Shown here piece by piece: positions 8,633 through 18,229 of a DNA stretch of 64,000 bases (position 1 is the first letter of the stretch; the number at the start of each line of letters is the position of its first letter). This DNA is from a virus (taxonomy: Duplodnaviria; Caudoviricetes): positions 1 through 64,000 of IMG/VR virus record IMGVR_UViG_3300045284_000107. The stretch is one strand, 5' to 3'. Below the pieces are notes generated by a model, which made no database searches, had not been told where the DNA came from, and saw only the letters and a program-made list of their open reading frames with translations. The position numbers and the translations under genes were made by a program.

Positions 8633-9312
8633 AAACCAAGCCCCAACAAGTCACCGCCATGCTATCTGGCCTCGACCTCGAAGATGCCAAATACATCCAA
8701 GACTTCTATTCCTACGGCCACCTAGGAATGATAGTCCGCCCCGCCGTACAATACTTCGCCAAATACCTCCGCGAAAGGCCCACCCATGAAGACCAAAAAC
8801 CAAATGAAATCCAAACTGAAAACCCAGCCCAACCCCAAAGTAACAAACCCGAAGTCTGGGACATCGAAAAGGGCGATCCCCTACCAGAACCCCTACAACC
8901 AGAACCCCCAATCTCTGCCGAAGCCAAACCCGAACAAATCCAAGACTTCCTAAACGAAGTCACAGCCGCGCCACTCCTACAACGTCCATCCAAAATCATA
9001 ACAAAAACGAACCTAGACCACCTCACACCATCCAACCGGCGCTGGCTCAAAAAATGTCTAGTCCTAGACAACGGCTATCAGGACAAACCCTGGACCTCAA
9101 AAGATCGCGAACAATCTCCCCAATGGATTAAAACCCTATGGGAAACCCACAACCTAAGTGAAAAGGCAGAAGAAATAATCGAACGTGACCTAAAGAAAAT
9201 GCGCCTTTCGCCGGACTTTGAAAAGTACGCCCTACTAAATCCGCGCTTTCCAGAAATCTACCGCGCGGCCCTGGAAGGTACAACCGTCCTAAGTCTCTAC
9301 TCCGGTTCCTAG
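8629..9312 (+). CDS. hypothetical protein
   Basis: ATGA coupling; 227 aa. Confidence 0.7.
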   Translation: MKTKPQQVTAMLSGLDLEDAKYIQDFYSYGHLGMIVRPAVQYFAKYLRERPTHEDQKPNEIQTENPAQPQSNKPEVWDIEKGDPLPEPLQPEPPISAEAKPEQIQDFLNEVTAAPLLQRPSKIITKTNLDHLTPSNRRWLKKCLVLDNGYQDKPWTSKDREQSPQWIKTLWETHNLSEKAEEIIERDLKKMRLSPDFEKYALLNPRFPEIYRAALEGTTVLSLYSGS

Positions 9313-9359
9313 TGGAGCCTGCGGCCCCACACTACAGACACAAGAAAGAGGAAACTAAA

Positions 9360-9578
9360 ATGGCAAACTTTGGTCCCCACAGTCCTCGCGGCCTCACCTT
9401 CGACTTTGCGTTCCACCATGTCAAAAAGGTACAAATCACCCCCGCCGAAACCTGCACCAACTTCCTAACCCGCCGTATCTACCTGGTAGACGGCAACGGG
9501 GAACGCCTATGCATAACCCTCTTTTCCGACAATGGTTCTGATGACATCCAGTTGGAACTCCTAGAGGACGACTGCTAA
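9360..9578 (+). CDS. hypothetical protein
   Basis: ATG 9360 with GAGGA RBS. Confidence 0.6.
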   Translation: MANFGPHSPRGLTFDFAFHHVKKVQITPAETCTNFLTRRIYLVDGNGERLCITLFSDNGSDDIQLELLEDDC

Positions 9579-9579
9579 A

Positions 9580-10827
9580 ATGCCTACCCTACCATCTTTG
9601 CCCTTCATGGATGAGGTCCACAAGTGGACCTTTTCCACCAAACACATCGGCGGGGGAGCACAATCCCCCGCCACCAAATCCACACTTGCCAAATACCGTA
9701 CCAAACTACGCCAAGCCGAAAAATTCGTAATTGATGATGATACTGTAAAATTGGTCTGCCATCTTTCACATGACCAAAAACAATTAGAAGGCTATAGTGT
9801 CCTTGCCCGCCTACCCTATCCTACAATGTGGATAGAATTTAACCTCCACGTTAAATGCCAAACTTATCGGGATCTCGGCCGCTTGTCCGAAGATTTCAAC
9901 CCCGACGAAGTAAGTCCCATAATTGGTTTCTTAATATACCAAGACAACCACCCTACCCGATGGATCGCCCACTCATTTGTGCAAGTCGGCGGCCTCCTAT
10001 CCAAAGTCACCAGCTCCCCAGTCGTCATACCTGTAATGCTAACCTATATCTTTGACCCTGACGGTCAAAAACATTCAACCCCCCAAGGTTCAGACTTCTG
10101 GCGCGCCCCAACCTTGAGCCACTTACCAGGCGGACTTAAAATCCCTACCGCCCAATCCAAATCCCATCCCGACCTGCATATGGTAGACCCAGAATATGTC
10201 ATAGCCGGCGATCTAGAATTTGACCACGAAACCCAGGAATTTGTTGCAGCTCCCTGGTTCATAAACCGCGGAGCTGTAATCGTAGACCCTTTCTGGAACT
10301 CCTGGCGCGGCATAAACCTCAGCAAAAAGATCCTAGCATCCGAGATAATAGAAAACGCCGGAGCAATACGATGGCTAGTAACCTTTTTGGGCGCACTAAA
10401 CGCCCTCCCAAAAGACCTGCGCCAAGCCCAAACCCAAACAAAAAAGCGCCAAGTCGGCGCCCACATCCTCCCCTATTTCCAACACAGAACAATTACAATA
10501 AACCTGCCCAGAGATGACAGAATTGTATGGGCAAACAAACACCTCCAATCCTCACTTAAAAATATGCCGCGCCCCTGGCACCAAGTCCTAGGCCACTGGC
10601 GAATAATAGAACGCGGCAAAAAACAACATCTGTGCAGACATATGCCCACAATGATCGAAGACGACATTGCAATGTGCCAAAAATGCCAACTGATGATCCG
10701 ATGGATTAAATCCCACAATCGCGGCGATCCTGCCGTAGGCATCGTAACCCACACCTACAAAACCAAAGCCCCAAAACAAAAAACTCCCTCACCCTTTAAA
10801 CCCAACTTCGAACTCTTGGACCCATAA
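9580..10827 (+). CDS. hypothetical phage protein with C-terminal H-x3-GHWR / H-x-RGD motif
   Basis: WHQVLGHWR ... WIKSHNRGDPAVGIVTHTY. Confidence 0.7.
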   Translation: MPTLPSLPFMDEVHKWTFSTKHIGGGAQSPATKSTLAKYRTKLRQAEKFVIDDDTVKLVCHLSHDQKQLEGYSVLARLPYPTMWIEFNLHVKCQTYRDLGRLSEDFNPDEVSPIIGFLIYQDNHPTRWIAHSFVQVGGLLSKVTSSPVVIPVMLTYIFDPDGQKHSTPQGSDFWRAPTLSHLPGGLKIPTAQSKSHPDLHMVDPEYVIAGDLEFDHETQEFVAAPWFINRGAVIVDPFWNSWRGINLSKKILASEIIENAGAIRWLVTFLGALNALPKDLRQAQTQTKKRQVGAHILPYFQHRTITINLPRDDRIVWANKHLQSSLKNMPRPWHQVLGHWRIIERGKKQHLCRHMPTMIEDDIAMCQKCQLMIRWIKSHNRGDPAVGIVTHTYKTKAPKQKTPSPFKPNFELLDP

Positions 10828-10828
10828 A

Positions 10829-11404
10829 ATGACCCCCGAACAAATCGAAGAAATCAAATCGCGCAAATGCGGCACCTGCTATTCCTGCTGCGTAAACCTG
10901 GGCATAGACGAACTAAAAAAATACCCCGCCCAAAATTGCAAACATTTAGACGGCGGAATTGGTCCCGAAACTAGATGTAGCATTTATAAAGACCGGCCAA
11001 CTGCCTGCCACACATACAGATGCGCTTGGCTCCAAGGCCTTGGCACCCCTGACATGCGCCCAGACAAGTCCGGCCTCCTAGTCACAACCTACAATCCCCA
11101 TTTCGAAAACTCCGGCACTATGTCCGCCACAATCTGCATCACCAACCCCAAGATTGGCGACCCCAAAGATTTGCAAATCCTAAACCAGGAACCCCTCCAT
11201 CAAGTCCTAACCAGTTTATTGGAAATTCACTGCAAAGACATCCGCATCGTCGCCTACCACACCCTAGACATAATCCACATCCTAGACGGCCAAATCTTCC
11301 GCGGCGTGCGACAAAAAAATTCCAAAGGTAAATACGAAGAATTAGTAATTGCAACCTTTAATCCACCCGCCGGCGTATATCGCATAGAGGAACGAACCAC
11401 ATGA
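10829..11404 (+). CDS. YkgJ-family CxxCxxCC (Zn/Fe-chelating) protein
   Basis: CGTCYSCC...C...CSIYKDRPTAC..YRCAWL...RPDKSG. Confidence 0.8.
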   Translation: MTPEQIEEIKSRKCGTCYSCCVNLGIDELKKYPAQNCKHLDGGIGPETRCSIYKDRPTACHTYRCAWLQGLGTPDMRPDKSGLLVTTYNPHFENSGTMSATICITNPKIGDPKDLQILNQEPLHQVLTSLLEIHCKDIRIVAYHTLDIIHILDGQIFRGVRQKNSKGKYEELVIATFNPPAGVYRIEERTT

Positions 11405-11724
11405 TCTGGTACATGAAACATCCCCGAGCCACCCACGAAATGCTTGGATTTATCCCTGGTTATCTAGACGACAATGATCCTCGTCCCGCGCGAGAACAAT
11501 TAGATGAAAACTACCGCGAGGGTGGCGGCTGGCACCCCGTAATGGGATTTACAGTCACCCCAAACGGTGAACTCAACTACCCTGGAGATCCACCAATGCC
11601 CCTCTTGGCCGAGACCATTCTCCACCCCGAAACTACCCACCCCGAAGTAATCCGCCTCTACCTCCACTCGTGGGTATCTATCATTCAAATGGACGGCTCA
11701 TTTGAAATAGCCCGGATGGACTAA
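11401..11724 (+). CDS. hypothetical protein
   Basis: ATGA coupling. Confidence 0.7.
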   Translation: MIWYMKHPRATHEMLGFIPGYLDDNDPRPAREQLDENYREGGGWHPVMGFTVTPNGELNYPGDPPMPLLAETILHPETTHPEVIRLYLHSWVSIIQMDGSFEIARMD

Positions 11725-11725
11725 A

Positions 11726-11905
11726 ATGTCCCAGGATGAAATCCCCGAAATCGAAACATCCATCTGCTCTGCATGTGGCAAACCAGTCCAATCCTATTGG
11801 ACCTCAAAAGGTTGCCTGTCCCGCCCCCTAGAATATGTCCTAATCGCAGATTGGATATTCCACACCCCCTGTTGGGACAAAATGGTAAAGGATCATCCGC
11901 CATGA
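11726..11905 (+). CDS. small CxxC protein (59 aa)
   Basis: Read manually: MSQDEIPEIETSICSACGKP...; coupled at both ends. Confidence 0.55.
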   Translation: MSQDEIPEIETSICSACGKPVQSYWTSKGCLSRPLEYVLIADWIFHTPCWDKMVKDHPP

Positions 11906-12087
11906 AAACCAAACCCCCGCCCGAAAATCCCACACCTGAGATGATACAACGAGGCCTAAAAGTCTATGAAACCAACCCCTCCGGCCCATTGGACATTCTC
12001 ATACACGACATCTGGCAAGCCATGTACGACGAATGGAAATATCAAAACCGACCAGGCGTAATCGTGGACCTGAATAATCTAAAATGA
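11902..12087 (+). CDS. small hypothetical protein
   Basis: ATGA coupling (internal ATG of ORF 11773-12087). Confidence 0.55.
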   Translation: MKTKPPPENPTPEMIQRGLKVYETNPSGPLDILIHDIWQAMYDEWKYQNRPGVIVDLNNLK

Positions 12088-12209
12088 GTACCTGTCATGG
12101 GCCGCTTTCACGGGTGCGACACAATGCCGCAGGGCGGCCCAGGCCGAACCGTGCTAATATACTAAACCACCCTATCCTCTACTTTCCAATCCACCAATTG
12201 GAGATTGAG

Positions 12210-12380
12210 ATGTACGACACCAAATGCTACGACCTTGCAGAGGAATTTCTAAGTGACACCCCAGAACATGCAACCATAAAAAACACCAACGCCCTCGCCC
12301 AAATGATCCAAGATACAATCGAGGACTTCCTCCACGACCTAGAAAATCCAGAACCTGAAGATGAGGAAGAAACCAAATGA
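12210..12380 (+). CDS. small acidic hypothetical protein
   Basis: ATG 12210 with GGAG RBS. Confidence 0.55.
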   Translation: MYDTKCYDLAEEFLSDTPEHATIKNTNALAQMIQDTIEDFLHDLENPEPEDEEETK

Positions 12381-12730
12381 TTTATCCAATCGTAGGCGCG
12401 CACTTTCACCGGCCCGCTAAAGCCATACTTGCAGTCCTCCCAATAGGCACCCTGTTGGACGTGATCCCTGAGCCTGACAACGAATATGACCCAAACGCAA
12501 TTGCCATCTGGGTCAAATCCGACCAAATCCCCCGCGAAGCGGCGGGCGAACTGGACAATTTATCCAAAGGTTATGGCTTCAACGCAGAAGAAATTCTCCA
12601 ACCCGGCGATATGTGGATGTTGGGCTACATCCCCCGCGAAATCGCCGCCAAGTTACAGCCCTTTGAAATGAAAACTGGTAAGTTTTCTGTGGGTGCTAAT
12701 GGTGGCCCCAGAGTAGAGATCGAGATCTGA
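12377..12730 (+). CDS. stand-alone HIRAN domain protein
   Basis: IVGAHF ... PEPDNEYDPNAIAI ... LGYIPREIA. Confidence 0.85.
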   Translation: MIYPIVGAHFHRPAKAILAVLPIGTLLDVIPEPDNEYDPNAIAIWVKSDQIPREAAGELDNLSKGYGFNAEEILQPGDMWMLGYIPREIAAKLQPFEMKTGKFSVGANGGPRVEIEI

Positions 12731-12732
12731 CC

Positions 12733-12954
12733 ATGCAATGGGACTTCGACATCATCAAATCCCTCATCGAAGATGCCGAACTAAACGGCGAAAGTGAGGT
12801 AGAACTATCTTCCCCTCGCGAGGCAGAACTGTTTAGGGCGGCCATAAACAACAATCGTAGACTTAAAAACCTAGGACAAAACCTAACCACAAGAGTACAG
12901 GACCGCTCCGTCATCATTACTCGCCGCCCCGAAATCAGACTTAAGAGCGCCTAA
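12733..12954 (+). CDS. hypothetical protein
   Basis: In operon, tight spacing. Confidence 0.6.
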   Translation: MQWDFDIIKSLIEDAELNGESEVELSSPREAELFRAAINNNRRLKNLGQNLTTRVQDRSVIITRRPEIRLKSA

Positions 12955-12959
12955 GTCCC

Positions 12960-13319
12960 ATGAAATTATATGACCCCCAACGGCCAAAAGTCTACCACAA
13001 ACCGGCATTCTTGCCGGGCCATCACCCAATCCAGCGCCTCCAAATTTGGCCTCTGGAAGACGGTACACTTGAGGTAGCACTTATGCTCCCGTTGGGGGAC
13101 AACCGTTTTAGCGGCATGTTCTTCAACACCTATTGCTCCCTGGACGAAATCCAGGGAGTAATTAGTCAATTTACAGATGACCCCGAACACTTTGTCGAAA
13201 AATACTTCTCCAAAAATCCCGCCGGATTTATACCCGGAGTGGGCAGTAACGCCCCCAAAGTGAGGCCTACGGCCTCGCCACAACCCACATCCCAAACCCT
13301 AAACTTACTGGACGAGTAA
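12960..13319 (+). CDS. hypothetical protein
   Basis: In operon, tight spacing. Confidence 0.65.
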   Translation: MKLYDPQRPKVYHKPAFLPGHHPIQRLQIWPLEDGTLEVALMLPLGDNRFSGMFFNTYCSLDEIQGVISQFTDDPEHFVEKYFSKNPAGFIPGVGSNAPKVRPTASPQPTSQTLNLLDE

Positions 13320-13322
13320 AAA

Positions 13323-13565
13323 ATGTCCATCTTGTCAAATCAGGCCGAGAATGTCCTGCGGACAGCACTAGAAAGTCCCTATGGCATCCAAATCCTGATC
13401 TATGAAGATCCTCCCGGCCAAGTAGTAACCCCAACCCTCCGCGCCAGACAAATCCTCTACAGATTTAGGCAGGAGATAGGGGACAAAGACATGGATCAGA
13501 TACAGATCAGGCTTTGCCCCACCGACCCTGACCACCGCTTATGGCTCGTAAAAAACCCTGGATAA
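13323..13565 (+). CDS. hypothetical protein
   Basis: In operon, tight spacing. Confidence 0.65.
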   Translation: MSILSNQAENVLRTALESPYGIQILIYEDPPGQVVTPTLRARQILYRFRQEIGDKDMDQIQIRLCPTDPDHRLWLVKNPG

Positions 13566-13570
13566 TCCAA

Positions 13571-14005
13571 ATGACCAAAGAAGAATATGACGCTACAGTC
13601 CTACAATACGAAGCCCTGTTGATCGAAAAGGAGAACAACCTTGCCATATTGGCATCTTGTAGGGGCCAAATCGACTCCGCAAAAGCCAAAGCCGTCGAAG
13701 ACAAAAATTTTGCAAGTGCAAAATGGTTTGCCTCCGTCAATACCCGCGCCCGCTATGCCGGCCAACGTGACCAAGAACTCGCGCGCCAAATCTCAGAACT
13801 AAAACTCAAAATCCGAAAATACAATCACGAAAACCGCCTCCTAAACCCCATAAATTCCGAACCCGAAATTCTCCAAACATTAGTTTCCGCCATACATCTT
13901 CTGCAAAACGCCGTAGACCTATTAAGAATGGAAAATCTAAATGCCACGGGTAGCAGATGTACCACTTCACCGGATACACATCCGCCTGGAAACGGAGGAC
14001 TATGA
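13571..14005 (+). CDS. coiled-coil hypothetical protein
   Basis: ATG 13571 within ORF 13541-14005. Confidence 0.6.
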   Translation: MTKEEYDATVLQYEALLIEKENNLAILASCRGQIDSAKAKAVEDKNFASAKWFASVNTRARYAGQRDQELARQISELKLKIRKYNHENRLLNPINSEPEILQTLVSAIHLLQNAVDLLRMENLNATGSRCTTSPDTHPPGNGGL

Positions 14006-14150
14006 ATGGCTCAAGCGCGAACTCGGCGATGAAAAACTCATCTCCGAAACCATCCGCAAACTAATAAAAAATTTGCGGGAACGCCGCGAAAAACTCGACG
14101 GTCACTTCCCGCCAATAGAACAACTACTAGACACAGGACCAGACAAATGA
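13941..14150 (+). CDS. ribbon-helix-helix (CopG-like) DNA-binding protein
   Basis: RIHIRLETEDYEWLKRE...ISETIRKLI, a beta-alpha-alpha pattern. Confidence 0.55.
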   Translation: MPRVADVPLHRIHIRLETEDYEWLKRELGDEKLISETIRKLIKNLRERREKLDGHFPPIEQLLDTGPDK

Positions 14151-14515
14151 TCGAAAAGCCCATCCCACTAAATTTCGGACCCGGCCCCGAAATCAAGAAC
14201 CCAAAAGACGCTCTGAAATTGATGTTAGAGAGCAGTCTCAGACACGAAGATGGCCTATCCACACCATTGGACGAAATAGATCCAATGGCCCTCGATGAAC
14301 TAATCAACCGTATTGATAGTGGCGCTTTGGCACTCAACCAAGTGCCAGACCCCAAAGACATCGGCGAATTAGTCCAATACTACTGGAACCTCCGTACCAA
14401 GCACAACTTGGAAGTCCAACTTGGCATCGCCAACAAGCCCAAGGGCAGAACCCCAAAGGCGGCCAAACCCCTAGTCTCAATCAATGACCTCTTAAACCTG
14501 GACGACGAAGAATAG
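14147..14515 (+). CDS. hypothetical protein
   Basis: ATGA coupling. Confidence 0.65.
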   Translation: MIEKPIPLNFGPGPEIKNPKDALKLMLESSLRHEDGLSTPLDEIDPMALDELINRIDSGALALNQVPDPKDIGELVQYYWNLRTKHNLEVQLGIANKPKGRTPKAAKPLVSINDLLNLDDEE

Positions 14516-14532
14516 GGGCGCAAAAGCGCCCC
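14515..14532. terminator. GC hairpin between early and recombination genes
   Basis: GGGGCGC-AAAA-GCGCCCC; no U-tract. Confidence 0.35.
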
Positions 14533-14562
14533 GCCTAAAATGCTACAACACAGGACAATACA

Positions 14563-15594
14563 ATGCCAAGCGATCAAGAAGACTTTACAGACATAGATCC
14601 CGATCCCGAGATCGGCCGGAACCTATCCTTCAGTCAGGAACAACCAAACCTACAATTGTCCTGGGACCAAACCTCCCTGGGCGAACTGAAAATCTGCCCC
14701 CAAAAATACAAATATAGTATCATTGATGGCTATGAACCCCGAGACACAAACGTCCACTTCATCTTTGGTGGCATATACCATCACGCATTTGAGTTCTTCG
14801 ACCACCGCATAGCGGAAGGCCAGGACTACAAGTCGGCAGTTCAGGAAACCGTCACGGAAGTGTTGCTCAAGACTTGGCGTCCTGATTTGGGGCGGCCCTG
14901 GCCATCGGACAACCCAACCAAAAACCGCGGAACCCTCATAAGAAGTGTCATCTGGTACTTAGACCAATTTAAAGATGATCCCCTAGAGACAATCATCTTA
15001 CACGACGGCAAACCTGCCGTAGAACACTCATTTAGAATTGAACTCGGCTGCCAATCCTCCCTAACGGGCGAGGCATTTCTATTGTGTGGCCACATAGACA
15101 AACTAGTCCTATTCGAAGGCCGCCCCGCAATAGTAGACAAAAAAACTACCAAAAACGCCATAGGTGGAGCCTTTTTCTTGAGGTTCAGTCCCGACAACCA
15201 AGTAAGTGCCTATATGTTGGCCGGGGGCTTCATCTTGGATGAACCCGTCACAACCATGATTATAGATGCCGCCCAAATCCTAGTTAACAGCACCCGCTTT
15301 CAACGCGGCATAATCCACCGTACCCCAGACCAATTGCACGAATGGCTCAAAGACACCTGGATTTGGATCGCCCAAGCCGAGCAATACGCCAAAATGGACT
15401 ACTGGCCCAAGAACGACAAAGCCTGCGGCCAACCCACCGTAGACCCCAAAACCGGCGAAGTCCGATACGGATGTCCTTTTAGAGAAGTCTGTGCATCCGA
15501 TCAATCCATGAGACAAATGCTCCTAGATGCCAACTTCAATCGCCGTACTTGGGATCCAATCCAACCGCGCGAACTAAAGAGGTCCACGCCATGA
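14563..15594 (+). CDS. PD-(D/E)XK exonuclease (Cas4/RecB-like)
   Basis: S.....CPQKY, GHIDKL...IVDKKT, QVSAY, terminal C...CPFREVC. Confidence 0.85.
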   Translation: MPSDQEDFTDIDPDPEIGRNLSFSQEQPNLQLSWDQTSLGELKICPQKYKYSIIDGYEPRDTNVHFIFGGIYHHAFEFFDHRIAEGQDYKSAVQETVTEVLLKTWRPDLGRPWPSDNPTKNRGTLIRSVIWYLDQFKDDPLETIILHDGKPAVEHSFRIELGCQSSLTGEAFLLCGHIDKLVLFEGRPAIVDKKTTKNAIGGAFFLRFSPDNQVSAYMLAGGFILDEPVTTMIIDAAQILVNSTRFQRGIIHRTPDQLHEWLKDTWIWIAQAEQYAKMDYWPKNDKACGQPTVDPKTGEVRYGCPFREVCASDQSMRQMLLDANFNRRTWDPIQPRELKRSTP

Positions 15595-15959
15595 AGTTAT
15601 TGGTATGTGGTGGCCGAGACTTCAAAAACTGGACCTACCTCAAAGAATACCTAGATGGGTTCCACTTCAAACAACCCATATCCGAAATCATACATGGCGC
15701 GGCCCCTGGCGCGGACAGTCTAGCGGGTAATTGGGCCTTACTAAACCACATCCCCGTGCGCCGCTTTGCGGCTCAATGGGACCGATTTGGCAAACACGCA
15801 GGTCCAATCCGCAACCAACAAATGCTTAATGAGGCCCAACCCGATGTTGTAATCGCATTTCCGGGCGGCCCAGGAACCGCAAACATGAAATTCCTCGCCC
15901 GCAAATCCAACATCCTGGTCATAGACGTGGAAATGGAGTCCATCACATGCCCGCGTTAA
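15591..15959 (+). CDS. DUF2493 / YspA-related SLOG family protein
   Basis: MKLLVCGGRDF...IIHGAAPGADSLA..WA...AQWDRFGKHAGPIRNQQML. Confidence 0.9.
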   Translation: MKLLVCGGRDFKNWTYLKEYLDGFHFKQPISEIIHGAAPGADSLAGNWALLNHIPVRRFAAQWDRFGKHAGPIRNQQMLNEAQPDVVIAFPGGPGTANMKFLARKSNILVIDVEMESITCPR

Positions 15960-16987
15960 ATGACCAAACCCAACGGCCCGTAAAACTCATCTACCTAGGC
16001 CGCCAAGGCGCAGGAAAAACTGGTAGCTTTGCTAGTCTAGCCGCTGCGGGCTACAAACTGCGCCTATTGGACGCTGATAAAGGGGTGGACACCCTCCAGA
16101 ACCTATTATTGGATCGGGACCACTTCCCCTACCGTAACTTTATGGACAAGCACAACATCGACTTGGGCCTGTCCTCATTCATCCCTGTAGACCAAGAAAT
16201 GAACATAAGTACCGTCGATAGAGCTTATAAAGACCCTACGGGAAAAGTAATAAAAACCACAAAAGAACGTGTTTTGGCCCCCTCAAATGCCCAAGCGTGG
16301 CACAAAGTAACCGACCTACTCCAAGACTGGAACGACGGCGGCCAAAAACTTGGCAACGTCCATTCCTGGGGTCCAGACACAATCTGCATTTTAGACACGT
16401 ATTCAACGATGGCCCGCTATGCCTACTATTACCACCAGGGAATAAATGGCCGACTTGGAGCCATAGAAGACGGCTTTGACCATCAAAGAGATATTGGTGG
16501 CGCACAGGCATGGCTCAGACGCTTATTAGAGGTTCTGTTTTCCTCAGCCGTAAAGTGCAACATAATAGTTGCCTGCCACATCACATGGGTAGACGAAAGC
16601 CGCGGATTTGCACAATCCCCAGGCGAAATAAACCGCGCCGGACGTTCATCTGATCCTGATGGCCTCCCAGATGCCATAGGCCAAGCCCTATCCCCGCGAA
16701 TGGGAAAATACTTCAACAACGTATTCGCGGTACGGTCAAGTGCCACGGGTGATAGTAGAAAAATCTGGACCAAACCCATTGATAGGGTGATCTGCAAAAG
16801 AAGTGCATGGTTAGAAGACTCATATGACATCACAACCGGACTTGCCGAAATCTTCTCCCAACTCAATGGCCAGCCCCTACCCAAAGATTTCATCCAAGAC
16901 CTAAAAAATGTCCGACCCAACGGACAGGACACACCGCCCATTCCTACAAGTTCAGGAGTAGGCCGCCCCCAACCCTTAAAACTCTAA
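15947..16987 (+). CDS. AAA_24-family ATPase (Sak4-like single-strand annealing/recombination protein)
   Basis: Walker A GRQGAGKT, Walker B ICILDTYS; lies between nuclease and SSB-like genes. Confidence 0.7.
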   Translation: MPALNDQTQRPVKLIYLGRQGAGKTGSFASLAAAGYKLRLLDADKGVDTLQNLLLDRDHFPYRNFMDKHNIDLGLSSFIPVDQEMNISTVDRAYKDPTGKVIKTTKERVLAPSNAQAWHKVTDLLQDWNDGGQKLGNVHSWGPDTICILDTYSTMARYAYYYHQGINGRLGAIEDGFDHQRDIGGAQAWLRRLLEVLFSSAVKCNIIVACHITWVDESRGFAQSPGEINRAGRSSDPDGLPDAIGQALSPRMGKYFNNVFAVRSSATGDSRKIWTKPIDRVICKRSAWLEDSYDITTGLAEIFSQLNGQPLPKDFIQDLKNVRPNGQDTPPIPTSSGVGRPQPLKL

Positions 16988-17038
16988 GAAAGGAGCCGCG
17001 AAAACCCTCTAACTACAAAATCACAACTGGAGATACAG

Positions 17039-17323
17039 ATGCCTGATAGAGCAAAATTCGCTGAAATGGTCGAGCGCCGTATGGCCCAATACGACGAAAC
17101 ACTTCGCCGTATGGAACCCCTCGCGCGCAACTACGACCACAACTCCCAAGACGTACAAGAAATGATCCGCTACATGCGGACGGGGATCGACAAACTGGAG
17201 TCCCTGTTCACCAGTGGCGGCAAGATTGGAGGGTTTAGGTTGAAGCCCCTGATCCAAGAAGAAGAAACTCCCCCTACCGACACGTCCAATACCCCCGTGA
17301 AACTATCCTCAAGGAAGGCGTAA
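17039..17323 (+). CDS. hypothetical protein
   Basis: GGAGA RBS. Confidence 0.65.
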   Translation: MPDRAKFAEMVERRMAQYDETLRRMEPLARNYDHNSQDVQEMIRYMRTGIDKLESLFTSGGKIGGFRLKPLIQEEETPPTDTSNTPVKLSSRKA

Positions 17324-17327
17324 CAAA

Positions 17328-17822
17328 ATGAGTGATACCTCTAGCACTGTAGACTTCCGCGATCTCCTGCGGAAGCCCATTGGAGATTGGGAAAGCCGTG
17401 GCCCACTTCCTGTCGGCCACTATTTCGGCAAGGTGGTAGACGTTGAGGAAGGCAATTCCTCCAAGAAGGGCACCAAATACTTCGCGTTCTTCGTTCAGAT
17501 CGCCACGGCCGGTCCTGACGTTGACCAGGCCCAGTTGGGAAGCGTGGATCTCACCGCCTACGAGTTCCCCAACAGGCGGTATCCCAACGGCCCATCTGTG
17601 GTGTGGATCACCCCAGGTGCAATGCCCATGAACCGGGTCTTTTTCGAAAACATGGGCTTCCCGCCGACTAAGCCGATGGACGAGTGCATCAACGAAATGC
17701 GCGGCAAAAACGTCATGATCGGTATCGGCGTCGAAGAAAGCGAAAGCAATACCAACGCTGACGGTTCCAAGCGCAAATACAACCAGTTGGTCAGCATCAC
17801 GGGTGATCCCCGCGAAAAGTAG
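17328..17822 (+). CDS. DUF669-like putative ssDNA-binding protein
   Basis: PLPVGHYFGKVVDVEEGNSSKKGTKY beta-rich OB-like pattern; context next to AAA_24. Confidence 0.55.
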   Translation: MSDTSSTVDFRDLLRKPIGDWESRGPLPVGHYFGKVVDVEEGNSSKKGTKYFAFFVQIATAGPDVDQAQLGSVDLTAYEFPNRRYPNGPSVVWITPGAMPMNRVFFENMGFPPTKPMDECINEMRGKNVMIGIGVEESESNTNADGSKRKYNQLVSITGDPREK

Positions 17823-17843
17823 AAACTACCAACTGCCAAGTTT

Positions 17844-17877
17844 TAGCCCCGAAGGGATTAAACCCCTTTCGGGGCTA
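17844..17877. terminator. 13-bp stem-loop after the SSB-like gene
   Basis: TAGCCCCGAAGGG-N7/8-CCCTTTCGGGGCTA; no U-tract. Confidence 0.5.
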
Positions 17878-17929
17878 GAACCCGTAGAAACCCAAAAAAC
17901 TCCCCACCTACAGACATGAGAACACACCA

Positions 17930-18202
17930 ATGGCCTGGAAATCCGAGTCCCGAACCATAGTTCTAATCCACCGGCGCTATCTAAAGCTCAATCCCCACCA
18001 CACCCAAAGAATGACCGCGCGCGAACTAGGACTTACAGAAAAGCAAGTCCACATGGCTTTGCGAGTGCGCGAAAACCTAAAAGATCCCGAAATCGCTGGC
18101 GCCCACAGCCTCGATAAAGCCTTCAAAATCCTACTAGAAAAGAACAAAGCCCGCAAAAAAGTCCTCGTCAAATTCCTTGTCCGAGATGGGCTATTCCAAT
18201 GA
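17930..18202 (+). CDS. helix-turn-helix protein (like the helical part of ParB-type proteins)
   Basis: TQRMTARELGLTEKQVHMAL. Confidence 0.6.
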   Translation: MAWKSESRTIVLIHRRYLKLNPHHTQRMTARELGLTEKQVHMALRVRENLKDPEIAGAHSLDKAFKILLEKNKARKKVLVKFLVRDGLFQ

Positions 18203-18228
18203 AAATCCTATTGGTAGGCGAGGCCTAA
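18199..18228 (+). pseudogene. orphaned original 5' end of the UDG-exonuclease gene (MKILLVGEA*)
   Basis: 9 codons matching the start of 18676-19881 (VKILLCGEAW); ATGA-coupled to the upstream gene. Confidence 0.75.
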
Positions 18229-18229
18229 A

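Noticed and set aside
35-12109. 12-bp repeat TGGGCCGCTTTC at 35-46 and 12098-12109 as a shared operator
   Set aside because: Roughly a hundred 12-mer pair matches are expected by chance in 64 kb; there are only two copies and no symmetry
14563-15594. cas4 of a CRISPR system
   Set aside because: No array or other cas genes; the context is a phage recombination module
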